From a virus (Duplodnaviria; Caudoviricetes): DNA of 64,000 nt. The notes beneath the pieces were generated by a model. The model searched no databases, was not told where the DNA came from, and was given only the letters and a program-made list of their open reading frames with translations. Position numbers and translations under genes: made by a program. Shown here one piece after another: positions 1-8,544 of the stretch (within the stretch, counting starts at the first letter, position 1; every line of letters starts with the position of its first letter). The DNA lies in IMG/VR virus record IMGVR_UViG_3300030330_005471; one strand, written 5' to 3'.

Positions 1-296
1 GCAGACGTTCAGAAGAAAGTACACTGATGGGAGGTAAACTGTTGGACAAACAAAAAGTGTTTACCCAAAAATATATATCAGAGCTGCAAAAGTATAGTGT
101 TCCTTTTGACTTGACGAAGGTTGCTCCAAAAGATTGTTTGACGTTTCAAGACTTAACCTATCTAACAATTGATGAAGTGCAATCTCTAAAAGACACAGAG
201 AATCTGTTATTCATTACAAACAACAAAGAACACATTTACTATTTTGATGGAGCAGACTGTTCCTTAATAGACAATTATTATTTAATATGGAGATAA
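1..296 (+). CDS. hypothetical protein, 5'-truncated by window edge
   Basis: Frame of ORF 27..296 is open from the window start. Confidence 0.55.
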   Translation, partial: RRSEESTLMGGKLLDKQKVFTQKYISELQKYSVPFDLTKVAPKDCLTFQDLTYLTIDEVQSLKDTENLLFITNNKEHIYYFDGADCSLIDNYYLIWR

Positions 297-297
297 G

Positions 298-630
298 ATG
301 AAAGTAGATAAACCTTGGGGATACGAAATAAGATGGGCAATCAATGAAAAATATCTAGGAAAGATATTACACATTGATGCTGGTAAAAGACTATCCTTAC
401 AATACCACGAACAAAAAGATGAAACAATATATGTTCTAGAAGGAACCGCTGTAATACATCTGGATGATAAAACACACATATTGTCACATGGAGAATCATT
501 GAGGATACAGCCCGGTCAAGTCCATAGATTTTGTGCACCTGACAATTGCTATGTAAAACTGATTGAAGTATCAACACCAGAGATAGATGATGTAGTTAGG
601 GTTCAAGACGACTTTGGAAGATCATCCTAA
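298..630 (+). CDS. cupin, mannose-6-phosphate isomerase type II C-terminal-like
   Basis: KPWG, LSLQYH..KDETIYVLEG, PGQVHRF, EVSTPEIDDVVR.QDDFGR. Confidence 0.85.
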   Translation: MKVDKPWGYEIRWAINEKYLGKILHIDAGKRLSLQYHEQKDETIYVLEGTAVIHLDDKTHILSHGESLRIQPGQVHRFCAPDNCYVKLIEVSTPEIDDVVRVQDDFGRSS

Positions 631-1563
631 TATTTTAAGTCCATTGTTATAAGCCAAATCTTCCAAAATATTTTCATTATATATCTTATAACACTCCAGA
701 GCCATACGAAGCTCAAACATCATATCACCGTTGCAGTAAGGCTTATAGATGTCTTCAATGTTATCGGTACCAATACCAACAGTTAAGCCCCATTCCAACA
801 TTTCGTCAATTGGCGTCATTGAGTTGTGAGTGGGGCTTAATACTTCTGAGCGTGGATGGTCTATCCATGCAGACGGACAGCACACAAACTGCATTCCTGC
901 GTCTTTACAGAGCCTATATACGTGGTTTCTGTACATCTTTGGATGACATGCTAGGGATATGGAATGAACGGCGACAACTCGCCCTTCTAGACCATATTCT
1001 ATTGTTTTCTCAGCCAACCACTCAGTCTCTCTTTCTTCAACTATGTTGAGCTGATCAACGTGAACGTGAACCTTCTTACCAGTACTTTTAGCAACTGAGA
1101 ACAGTATGTCCAAATGTCTATCAGGGTTATCATCAGACTTTGGAAGACCACCAAGAAAATCAAGATTGTCGACATTGTTCTCAAACAATTTCAAATTGTC
1201 TCTTGTAAAGCCCCCGACTGTTTGATTCCCTATATACAATTCTACGCCATGGTCTAACAACTCTTCCTTGGCTCTCATTGCTCCGAGCAGTGCCTTGGAA
1301 TAAACCGTGCTGTCGAGATCAACAAATGATATAATCTTGTTAGTGTTGAACTCTTTCTGCTTGAGACAAGATGTTAATATATTTGAGTAGTAGTTGTACT
1401 GAGACAGCTCTCTTTTTACTTGGTTTACAAGTATCCACTTCTCTTGTAAATGTCTCTTTGTTAAAGATTTGTCAGTAAATTCTATCGTTCCAGCCCGATC
1501 AATATGGGCATGGCAGTTAATAAAACCGTTTGTAAGTTTGCTTTTAAGGCTTTGAATCGACAT
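622..1563 (-). CDS. metal-dependent amidohydrolase, cytosine deaminase-like
   Basis: HAHID, HVHVD, HSISL, GIGTDN metal ligands; start at MSIQ just after a CTATTTA motif; only convincing minus-strand gene. Confidence 0.8.
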   Translation of the reverse strand: MSIQSLKSKLTNGFINCHAHIDRAGTIEFTDKSLTKRHLQEKWILVNQVKRELSQYNYYSNILTSCLKQKEFNTNKIISFVDLDSTVYSKALLGAMRAKEELLDHGVELYIGNQTVGGFTRDNLKLFENNVDNLDFLGGLPKSDDNPDRHLDILFSVAKSTGKKVHVHVDQLNIVEERETEWLAEKTIEYGLEGRVVAVHSISLACHPKMYRNHVYRLCKDAGMQFVCCPSAWIDHPRSEVLSPTHNSMTPIDEMLEWGLTVGIGTDNIEDIYKPYCNGDMMFELRMALECYKIYNENILEDLAYNNGLKILG

Positions 1564-1645
1564 CTTTAGTAAATAGAGCCCGCAACAAAAAACATTGAAC
1601 GTTGTTTGTCTCATCTGCCCTCTAGTTACTAATAGGGGTGGAGTT

Positions 1646-2365
1646 ATGTTTTGGTTTATATTTTTATTTTTCTCTTGCCAAATGTTTTACTATGGTGACG
1701 AAGAAGTTCAGGAACTTGAAGTAACCCAAGTCTCCAGTGGATACAACATTGGTATCACAAAAGCAATAAGTAGTTCGTTAAAAATTCATGCATTTAATAA
1801 CGAACTAGGACACAGCCACGGCTCAGGAAATCTTTTCTATGTTGGCAATCACTTATTTGTTTTAACAGCTTCACATGTTGTTGATAATGCTGACAACATA
1901 TTACTAGAAGAGACCAATGGAAATATGCTGGCAGCAAAAGTAATTTACGAAAGTACTCAAAAAGATATTGCTATTCTCTTGCCATACGGAGAGTTTACGG
2001 AAGCTAAACCGACCGGGTATGTTAGAAACAAAAGTCGAGACATATTGGCAAAAAAACTACACTACTATGGCTATCCTGAGAATCTAGATGGTTTCTTGGC
2101 CACTGGTTTCGTTAGCCAGTCAGATTACTCAAAGATCCTAATGCAATCGTATGCTTGGATGGGGTGCTCTGGTTCTGTGGTCTTTGATTCTGCTGGTAGG
2201 ACGGTGGGGATCGTTCACGCTATTTTAATCTTGGCGGAGCCTGTCACAGGGTTACCATCTGCTATTGAAAGTGTCGTTGTTGTTAACAGAGTTTACGACT
2301 TGGAGAGGAATTTTATTAGGGAGCGTTTAGTCGATGCAAAAGCTAAAGATAGGAACTCTGATTAA
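1646..2365 (+). CDS. trypsin-like serine protease, probable lipoprotein
   Basis: LTASHV, DIAIL, GCSGS catalytic triad; hydrophobic N-terminus ending FFSC. Confidence 0.85.
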   Translation: MFWFIFLFFSCQMFYYGDEEVQELEVTQVSSGYNIGITKAISSSLKIHAFNNELGHSHGSGNLFYVGNHLFVLTASHVVDNADNILLEETNGNMLAAKVIYESTQKDIAILLPYGEFTEAKPTGYVRNKSRDILAKKLHYYGYPENLDGFLATGFVSQSDYSKILMQSYAWMGCSGSVVFDSAGRTVGIVHAILILAEPVTGLPSAIESVVVVNRVYDLERNFIRERLVDAKAKDRNSD

Positions 2366-2687
2366 AGATAACGATAAGTTGGGAGTCGTAACAAAAGTAA
2401 TTGAAATGGGCACCTTAGATGTTTCCGTTGACATCATCAACTGGAGAGCTAACTATGAAATACATTATGTAGATGGCATAGTATCAATCTTAGGATGCAA
2501 AACTGTTGAGAGATTGATCAAAGAAAACAAAATTGAAATTATATACGAGCCTACTACCCCCCTACCCCCCTCCTCCTCTTCTCAAGATATCTTGCGTGAG
2601 TACATGCACATGCAGGAAGAAAAAAGCAAAAACAAGAAAGGTCGGAGGAAGAAGTGTGCAATCGAAAGAACAAAAAAAGACCAATGA
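2334..2687 (+). CDS. GDLV-family small beta-barrel protein with basic tail
   Basis: KIGTLI...GVVTKV. Confidence 0.55.
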   Translation: MQKLKIGTLIKDNDKLGVVTKVIEMGTLDVSVDIINWRANYEIHYVDGIVSILGCKTVERLIKENKIEIIYEPTTPLPPSSSSQDILREYMHMQEEKSKNKKGRRKKCAIERTKKDQ

Positions 2688-2982
2688 GCTCATAAACCCC
2701 AACTGGACAAAGAAGCAAAAGTTGTTGTACTTTCTTTGGCTAGATGATCAGATTATGACCTATTGGTCTAGATATTTAGATTTAAAACATAATGAACCAG
2801 AAGATGAAATCTGGAGTAAAGAATACATAAGAAAGCTTGATGACTGCTTAATAGTGATTGATCACTTTGAAGCATATCAAAAACAAATAACAGATGAATT
2901 CACATACGAACAGATAGATCAGTTTGTTAGAGAGAATCCAGAGATATGTAAAAACTTTAGTTTTTTTCGCTTTTTTTCTTGA
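2656..2982 (+). CDS. hypothetical protein
   Basis: GGAGG then GTG start within ORF 2533..2982. Confidence 0.55.
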   Translation: MQSKEQKKTNELINPNWTKKQKLLYFLWLDDQIMTYWSRYLDLKHNEPEDEIWSKEYIRKLDDCLIVIDHFEAYQKQITDEFTYEQIDQFVRENPEICKNFSFFRFFS

Positions 2983-3007
2983 CAACTTTGGTGTTTTGTG
3001 TTATATT
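2979..3007 (+). promoter_or_regulatory. sigma70-type promoter
   Basis: TTGACA-N17-TATATT with extended -10 TG. Confidence 0.75.
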
Positions 3008-3073
3008 ATCTGTATCAAAAGCTCGCAAAGGTTGTTGAGAAAAATTATTTTTTTTGAAAAAAACTTCAAAAAT

Positions 3074-3149
3074 TTAATTGACATTTCGATGCACAGGGCA
3101 TTAATTGACATTTCGATGGGGGATTTATGAAATTAATTGACATTTCGAT
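3074..3149 (+). repeat. 3 copies of 17-bp TTAATTGACATTTCGAT
   Basis: Exact copies at 3074, 3101, 3133; also at 19626, 19652, 20911. Confidence 0.95.
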
Positions 3150-3306
3150 AGGAGACTTGGTAACGCATTTGAGCCACGATCTTGGGATCGGACTCGTTAC
3201 CGAGGTGAGAATGGATGTGCCAACAGGAGCATACAAGTGTATTTGGTCTAAAGCACCGTTTATGGAGCTGTTTATCTGTGGTTCATCGCTGAAAATTCTC
3301 TCTTGA
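3127..3306 (+). CDS. GDLV-family small protein (59 aa, not in ORF track)
   Basis: MKLIDISIGDLVTH...GIGLVTEV. Confidence 0.7.
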   Translation: MKLIDISIGDLVTHLSHDLGIGLVTEVRMDVPTGAYKCIWSKAPFMELFICGSSLKILS

Positions 3307-3410
3307 ATTATAAGGAACACATGTGCGAGAGTTCCAAACGGACATTTTTTGTCCTTTACAATATTCCCACCTGTGATATATTATTAGTAACATTCAACAG
3401 GAGGTGAATA

Positions 3411-3599
3411 ATGTTTAAAGTTGGTGACTTAGTACGGTGGCATGAAAAACTGTACATTGTAACACTTATTGATCCTAGATTTATTAGAGTCATGAGTGTT
3501 CATGATGGAGAATCTACAAGTGCTTTTCCACCCAACTGGCTTACTAAAGTCGAAACGGACAATTTCTGTCCTTTACAATCTTCATCAGACTCATTATAA
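3411..3599 (+). CDS. GDLV-family small protein
   Basis: MFKVGDLVRW; GGAGG RBS. Confidence 0.75.
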   Translation: MFKVGDLVRWHEKLYIVTLIDPRFIRVMSVHDGESTSAFPPNWLTKVETDNFCPLQSSSDSL

Positions 3600-3711
3600 T
3601 AAATGTATAAAGCAACGATGATGAAAAAAATAAAGTTGGACATTTTTTGACCTTTACAAATTAACATAACCTGTTATATTATATCTGTCAAATTAATTTT
3701 AGGAGAAATCT

Positions 3712-3900
3712 ATGGAAATTGGTAAATTATATAAGGTAATACGCAACGGACACACCTATCCACAAGTAGGTGATGTGATAATGTATGTACAGGGTCTTTA
3801 TAGAGGAGACATGCGTAGTGTATATTTCACAGGTCTGAATCTGAGAACTATGAAACAACACCATTATAAATATGAGGATGTGGAGGTATTATGCGAATAG
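3712..3900 (+). CDS. GDLV-family small protein
   Basis: IGKLY..VGDVI..VEVLCE. Confidence 0.75.
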   Translation: MEIGKLYKVIRNGHTYPQVGDVIMYVQGLYRGDMRSVYFTGLNLRTMKQHHYKYEDVEVLCE

Positions 3901-4079
3901 GATCATTAGTAAAATGCAAGTGGCTTGACAATACCCATTTTGGTATAGTTGAGAAATGTACCTATGATAAAGGTTGCCGTTATTGGCGAGTCCATTGGTT
4001 TGGTGATGAATTCCAAAATGGAGTTTTTTGGCCACAAACACTTGAAGATGAAGAAGATTTGGAGGTAATATGCGAGTAG
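3891..4079 (+). CDS. GDLV-family small protein
   Basis: MRIGSLV...LEVICE. Confidence 0.8.
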   Translation: MRIGSLVKCKWLDNTHFGIVEKCTYDKGCRYWRVHWFGDEFQNGVFWPQTLEDEEDLEVICE

Positions 4080-4231
4080 GTTCATTGGTAAGAGCTAGGC
4101 ATTGGGACGAAAAGGCTATTGGCATTGTCGTGTCCATCAGAAACCAACAAATATGCAAAGTGTTGTTGGTACGCAATCACGACTACAGATTTGATCAACT
4201 TATAAGAGACTTGGAGATAATATGCGAGTAG
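4070..4231 (+). CDS. GDLV-family small protein (53 aa, not in ORF track)
   Basis: MRVGSLVRARHW...DLEIICE. Confidence 0.8.
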   Translation: MRVGSLVRARHWDEKAIGIVVSIRNQQICKVLLVRNHDYRFDQLIRDLEIICE

Positions 4232-4395
4232 GAACATTAGTGAAAGGTAAAAACATAAATTGGATAGGGGTCATTGTCAAGGTTAACGAAAGAGACTTGT
4301 CATTCTATAAGTCTCACACATACTTGGTGCAGTTTTGTACTGTGAAAAGGCAACAATGGTGTAATAGCCAAGAAATGGAGGTAATATGCGAATAG
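4222..4395 (+). CDS. GDLV-family small protein (57 aa, not in ORF track)
   Basis: MRVGTLVKGK...MEVICE. Confidence 0.8.
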   Translation: MRVGTLVKGKNINWIGVIVKVNERDLSFYKSHTYLVQFCTVKRQQWCNSQEMEVICE

Positions 4396-4625
4396 GAGAC
4401 TTAGTAATGATAGGCGATCAGACCCTCATTATCGTAGCAAACAAGTGGAGTGTCGCTCAGAACGAATGGTATTGGGCAATTGCTCCTGTGGACGATCCAA
4501 GTGATGGAACTTGGCTACCCGAAGATGTTGTTAGCCATGCGTGGAGAGATTATATATGGTGGACAAAAAATGTCCTCGACAATAATATAAGGAATGGTTA
4601 TATTGTAGATAACAAAGGAGAATAA
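4386..4625 (+). CDS. GDLV-family small protein
   Basis: MRIGDLV. Confidence 0.7.
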   Translation: MRIGDLVMIGDQTLIIVANKWSVAQNEWYWAIAPVDDPSDGTWLPEDVVSHAWRDYIWWTKNVLDNNIRNGYIVDNKGE

Positions 4626-4626
4626 C

Positions 4627-4815
4627 ATGGTATACAATACAGGAGACATAGTTGTTTTCATCAATGGATGGGGAGAACATGAACTTGGCATAGTCGTAAT
4701 TCAATATGATAACTATGACACAGAGGTTATGTTCGCAGATGGAATACAATCTTTGGTGGATGGTTGGGATGTAAAAGATGGACACTTAATCCCATTGGAG
4801 GAAACATGCAAGTAG
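4627..4815 (+). CDS. GDLV-family small protein
   Basis: TGDIVV...LEETCK. Confidence 0.75.
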   Translation: MVYNTGDIVVFINGWGEHELGIVVIQYDNYDTEVMFADGIQSLVDGWDVKDGHLIPLEETCK

Positions 4816-5000
4816 GAGACTTAGTAAGATTCAAAAGACATGTGGTAGACATGGTATGCGATGGAGAAACATGGATAGGTCTAGTGGTAGAGTCCTCTAT
4901 TGAACATCAATTCGAAGGAGTGGTGGCTATGATACAATGGATGTGCTACAATACCCCTACTCCCGAATATGTTGATGACTTGGAGGTATTATGCGAATAG
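4806..5000 (+). CDS. GDLV-family small protein
   Basis: MQVGDLVRF...LEVLCE. Confidence 0.8.
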   Translation: MQVGDLVRFKRHVVDMVCDGETWIGLVVESSIEHQFEGVVAMIQWMCYNTPTPEYVDDLEVLCE

Positions 5001-5164
5001 GAACATTAGTAGCGTCCTCTTATGAAATAACAGGGAGATTTCACATAGGTGTTATTATAGATGATGATGGAGATAAACATTGGTTGGTTCACTGGCTAAC
5101 AGGAATATTCACAGGCGACATAGAGTCGTATCATGAGAGCGATTTGGAGGTACTATGCGAGTAG
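4991..5164 (+). CDS. GDLV-family small protein (57 aa, not in ORF track)
   Basis: MRIGTLV...WLVHW...DLEVLCE. Confidence 0.8.
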   Translation: MRIGTLVASSYEITGRFHIGVIIDDDGDKHWLVHWLTGIFTGDIESYHESDLEVLCE

Positions 5165-5313
5165 GCAATTTAGTATCAATAAGACTCACAGATGATACAA
5201 AACAAATTGGTGTCATAGTGGAGGCAAAAGCAGAGCATTGCAAAGTCCATTGGACTACAGGCAATAGAGGTTGGTATAGAATAGATTATCTTACGGAGGT
5301 AGTATGCAAGTAG
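5155..5313 (+). CDS. GDLV-family small protein (52 aa, not in ORF track)
   Basis: MRVGNLV...CKVHW...LTEVVCK. Confidence 0.8.
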   Translation: MRVGNLVSIRLTDDTKQIGVIVEAKAEHCKVHWTTGNRGWYRIDYLTEVVCK

Positions 5314-5519
5314 GAGATTTAGTAAGGATAAAAAAGGCTTGGATAGATATGTACGAGGGCTACGAGGATACTGTAGGGCTAGTGGTGTATGCCGATAGTG
5401 GCTATGGGGGAGAAAGACCTGTGGGATTTCGGAGGATCAGAATTCTACATGAAAACATAAGAGGACAAATCTATTCCGTATTCGCTGAAGAGGTTTTGGA
5501 GGTAGTATGTTCAAAGTAG
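5304..5519 (+). CDS. GDLV-family small protein
   Basis: MQVGDLVRI...LEVVCSK. Confidence 0.8.
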   Translation: MQVGDLVRIKKAWIDMYEGYEDTVGLVVYADSGYGGERPVGFRRIRILHENIRGQIYSVFAEEVLEVVCSK

Positions 5520-5764
5520 GTGACTTGGTGAGAATAAAGAAAGAACATGTCGATCATGAGTACCTCAAAGAAATTGCTTGGGATTCGCATTGGACGAAAG
5601 CCCCTCTTCCACCACCCGAAAAAGATTGGCTTGGGTTGGTGATGGGTTACTTAACTGGTGACGATGGGCATGTCATAAAGGACATGATATATATACAATG
5701 GCTGTGGAGTGGTCGCACCGTTTTAGAATACACCGAGCATTTGGAGGTGGTATGCGACAACTAG
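5507..5764 (+). CDS. GDLV-family small protein
   Basis: MFKVGDLVRI...LEVVCDN. Confidence 0.8.
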   Translation: MFKVGDLVRIKKEHVDHEYLKEIAWDSHWTKAPLPPPEKDWLGLVMGYLTGDDGHVIKDMIYIQWLWSGRTVLEYTEHLEVVCDN

Positions 5765-5940
5765 TTTACAAGGTTGGAGATCTGATCATCCAAATAAAAA
5801 CAGGTAGGCTCGGACTAATAACCAAGGTGGACGAACTCCAACCTTGGGGTGTTGAGATTCAATGGACAGACAATGGTGTTAAACAAATTATGCACTGGAC
5901 AAATATCGTCCATGAAGGTCTTTATAGAAAACGGACATAA
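5752..5940 (+). CDS. GDLV-family small protein
   Basis: MRQLVYKVGDLII; stop lies inside the palindrome. Confidence 0.75.
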   Translation: MRQLVYKVGDLIIQIKTGRLGLITKVDELQPWGVEIQWTDNGVKQIMHWTNIVHEGLYRKRT

Positions 5941-6002
5941 TTTGTCCTTTACATATTTTGAGAATAGGGTATATTATAAACATCAAACAAGTGGAGGTCG
6001 AT

Positions 6003-6185
6003 ATGCGAGTAGGTGATTATGTAAGGTTCAACAACAACGAGGGTGACTTGGACGAGACACTTTGGAAGGTTGTTGGTTTCGAGGAAAGAGGTGGTCGTGC
6101 CTTTGTTCTCGTAAAGCACCCCACCGTAGGTGGTAGGTATTCATTCCCTAAAGATGGGGTTGTGGAGGTAATATGCAACAAATAA
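6003..6185 (+). CDS. GDLV-family small protein
   Basis: MRVGDYVRF...VEVICNK. Confidence 0.8.
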   Translation: MRVGDYVRFNNNEGDLDETLWKVVGFEERGGRAFVLVKHPTVGGRYSFPKDGVVEVICNK

Positions 6186-6385
6186 AGGGATCGTTAGTGA
6201 GAAAGGGATCGTTAGTCATGTGGAATGTAAAAGGCTCACTCGATTATGGCGAACTAGGTGTGGTTACATCAGTAAAAGAACTTACATTAAACGAAGAATT
6301 TGATGTTGTGTGGGCAGATGGTACTGTGACAGAGTACGATCATAGTCAAATACAACATCAAAATATAAAAGTGGTCAAATTTTGA
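6173..6385 (+). CDS. GDLV-family small protein
   Basis: KGSLVRKGSLV (15-bp internal duplication). Confidence 0.75.
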   Translation: MQQIKGSLVRKGSLVMWNVKGSLDYGELGVVTSVKELTLNEEFDVVWADGTVTEYDHSQIQHQNIKVVKF

Positions 6386-6441
6386 CCTTTACAAATTTAC
6401 AACAACATATTATATTACATTTACAACAACAGGAGGACAAT

Positions 6442-6747
6442 ATGTTTACATCAATATCACAGATAAAAAAAGCAAACCGAGAGAATGGCTACCATTTTTT
6501 CAGCAAAGACACGATGGGCTTTTTCAAGTCCAAGACCCACAGGGGTGTGTACGGAGGTCGTTATTTCATAACCTCTGAGCAGTTTGTGTCTACTAGTGGG
6601 GAGGTATACCCCCGAATGTATACAATACGCAAGGCTCACTCTGATGGGGCTATCGACACTGTGGATACCTTTCAAAAATTTAAACACTTAGATCAGGCTA
6701 GAGACTATATCAAGTTCGAGATCTTGGGAGAAGAACAATGGGATTAG
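6442..6747 (+). CDS. conserved phage hypothetical protein
   Basis: Own promoter and AGGAGG; HFFSKDTMGFF..S...YGGRYFITSE. Confidence 0.75.
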   Translation: MFTSISQIKKANRENGYHFFSKDTMGFFKSKTHRGVYGGRYFITSEQFVSTSGEVYPRMYTIRKAHSDGAIDTVDTFQKFKHLDQARDYIKFEILGEEQWD

Positions 6748-6884
6748 GGTCACTAGTAAAACATGAAGGTCTTTTACAAGAGATTGGCATTATCACAAAG
6801 ATCTGTGATGAATTGGCAACAGTTTTCTTCCCCGAAATGAATACGAAGGTACTGGTGTACCTTGATGACTTGGAGGCATTATGA
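6738..6884 (+). CDS. GDLV-family small protein (48 aa, not in ORF track)
   Basis: MGLGSLVKH...DLEAL. Confidence 0.7.
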   Translation: MGLGSLVKHEGLLQEIGIITKICDELATVFFPEMNTKVLVYLDDLEAL

Positions 6885-7084
6885 CAAAATTAAATATTAG
6901 GATAGGTTCTCTGTTACAATGGCAAGGAATAACGCAGTGTCGTGGAGAACTGGGAATAGTTATTGGGTTACTAAATGGCAATGGGTATGATGGCTTTGTT
7001 GTACATTGGAGTGTCGATGGTGAAATTGTGGACTATGTAAACGATGAAGCCATAAGTAACCTCATGGAGGTACTATGCAGGTAG
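6881..7084 (+). CDS. GDLV-family small protein
   Basis: IRIGSLL...MEVLCR. Confidence 0.75.
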   Translation: MTKLNIRIGSLLQWQGITQCRGELGIVIGLLNGNGYDGFVVHWSVDGEIVDYVNDEAISNLMEVLCR

Positions 7085-7248
7085 GTAGTTTAATAAAATG
7101 GACAGAGGCAGATGGACATATCTATTACGGGATTGTCACCAAGGTCGAAGGACAGAAAACTTTCATCCTGTGGGCTGATGGACTTGAAATTGACTACTGT
7201 TTGACAAGCGATATAATGGACAGCCAAATGGAGGTAGTATGCGAGTAG
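7075..7248 (+). CDS. GDLV-family small protein (57 aa, not in ORF track)
   Basis: MQVGSLIKW...MEVVCE. Confidence 0.8.
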   Translation: MQVGSLIKWTEADGHIYYGIVTKVEGQKTFILWADGLEIDYCLTSDIMDSQMEVVCE

Positions 7249-7439
7249 GCGATCTGATAGAATATACTGAAAATGACGAAACATTCATCGGTCTTGTGGT
7301 CAAGGTCGGTCTTGCCTCAAATATGGGAAAAACAGCTATCAAGATCCAATGGTGTTTTCATGGTGAAGATAAAGATTTCTTCGATGAAACATCGTGGCTA
7401 TGCACAGACGAGGTATGTTTGATCTCAAAACGGACATAA
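7239..7439 (+). CDS. GDLV-family small protein
   Basis: MRVGDLIEY. Confidence 0.8.
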   Translation: MRVGDLIEYTENDETFIGLVVKVGLASNMGKTAIKIQWCFHGEDKDFFDETSWLCTDEVCLISKRT

Positions 7440-7480
7440 TTTGTCCTTTACAATAATTCTCATTAGGTTATAATGTTTAT

Positions 7481-7645
7481 ATGAAGATAAAAGTTGGAAA
7501 GATAGTTAAATACAGAGACAATATGCCTCCGAATCTTTGGATAGTACTGACGAAACTCTATGGTGGTCTATGGGAGGTAGCCGAGGTACAGTGTCTCACT
7601 AACAGGAAAATTGCACACACAAAAGACATAAAGGTGGTAAAATGA
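7481..7645 (+). CDS. GDLV-family small protein, probably leaderless (54 aa)
   Basis: MKIKVGKIVKY; ATG 6 nt after TATAAT, no SD. Confidence 0.65.
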   Translation: MKIKVGKIVKYRDNMPPNLWIVLTKLYGGLWEVAEVQCLTNRKIAHTKDIKVVK

Positions 7646-7803
7646 AAACAGGTACATTGGTAAAAGTCTATCACAAAGGTGTTGGTGTTATAGTGGATAG
7701 AGGTATCCACCATAATGGCGATTGGAAATATTTAATATTATTTATCAGCGATGGATATAGAGCATGGTGGACAGAAAACCATTTGGAGGTAATATGCGAA
7801 TAG
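7642..7803 (+). CDS. GDLV-family small protein (53 aa, not in ORF track)
   Basis: MKTGTLVKV...HLEVICE. Confidence 0.75.
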   Translation: MKTGTLVKVYHKGVGVIVDRGIHHNGDWKYLILFISDGYRAWWTENHLEVICE

Positions 7804-7949
7804 GAACATTGGTAACAACAGGTGGTTGGCTAGGAATTGTCGTGGCAATATATGATGATGATATTACATCTATTATGTATGAGATTCACTTTGAGGATGG
7901 AGACAGAGATGTTTTCTATATAGATGACTTGGAGGTATTATGCGAGTAG
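7794..7949 (+). CDS. GDLV-family small protein
   Basis: MRIGTLV...DLEVLCE. Confidence 0.8.
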   Translation: MRIGTLVTTGGWLGIVVAIYDDDITSIMYEIHFEDGDRDVFYIDDLEVLCE

Positions 7950-8125
7950 GGACATTGGTTAAAAGTAAGTGGGCAACGAATATCATAGGTATTCTTTTGG
8001 AAAAACTCACCCTCGGTGATGATGTAGAGTGGGAAGAAGAGTGTTGGAAAGTCTATTGGATTGGCAATGGAGCAATCTTCGACCAAACTCATGAAGAAGA
8101 AGAGGACTTGGAGGTACTATGTTAG
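7940..8125 (+). CDS. GDLV-family small protein
   Basis: MRVGTLVKSKW...EEEDLEVLC; close paralog of 3891. Confidence 0.8.
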   Translation: MRVGTLVKSKWATNIIGILLEKLTLGDDVEWEEECWKVYWIGNGAIFDQTHEEEEDLEVLC

Positions 8126-8280
8126 AACACTTGTTAAACTGTCATGGTGAATGGACTTATCTTTTATCCTTGATAGACTTGTTCCCCACACTACGGTATT
8201 ATCTAAACGGACAAATTCTGTCCTTTACAAAAACACACAACGAGTTAGATTGTAAATATGAAACAACGGAGGAAATATGA
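8119..8280 (+). CDS. small hypothetical protein (53 aa)
   Basis: Junction-repeat RBS; MLEHLLNCHGEW. Confidence 0.45.
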   Translation: MLEHLLNCHGEWTYLLSLIDLFPTLRYYLNGQILSFTKTHNELDCKYETTEEI

Positions 8281-8543
8281 GACTACTAAATTGGACTGAG
8301 GCTTTTATGGAAGGCATGGACTTTATAAAAAAGGTATGGATTGGTATGTACCGAGAGGAAAACGAGTGGAGGGGTACACTGGAAGAATTCTATCCTTCTC
8401 TTGCGATAGCAAACTTTAGTCAACAAAAACTAGAGGACTACCTAAAGGAGGCGATAGAGGGTAGGGCTTGGCTACCAAAGGGTATGCGAGTGTGCTATGA
8501 CGAGAATGAACAAATACTTATAACTGTAACCAAAGAGGTGTAA
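8277..8543 (+). CDS. hypothetical protein
   Basis: Promoter and GGAGG. Confidence 0.7.
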   Translation: MRLLNWTEAFMEGMDFIKKVWIGMYREENEWRGTLEEFYPSLAIANFSQQKLEDYLKEAIEGRAWLPKGMRVCYDENEQILITVTKEV

Positions 8544-8544
8544 C

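Larger units (their letters stand above)
3880..8125 (+). repeat. dual-frame junction repeat (T)TGGAGGTANTATGC(G/A)A(G/A)TAGG linking small genes
   Basis: GGAG starts at 3882,4061,4213,4377,4797,4982,5146,5295,5498,5743,6164,6872,7066,7230,7785,7931,8110 (also 17824); ATG always 9 nt after the first G. Confidence 0.9.

Noticed and set aside
3880-8125. CRISPR array (regular repeat-spacer look)
   Set aside because: Repeats are degenerate and coding, spacers are 130-250 nt ORFs, and there is no cas operon
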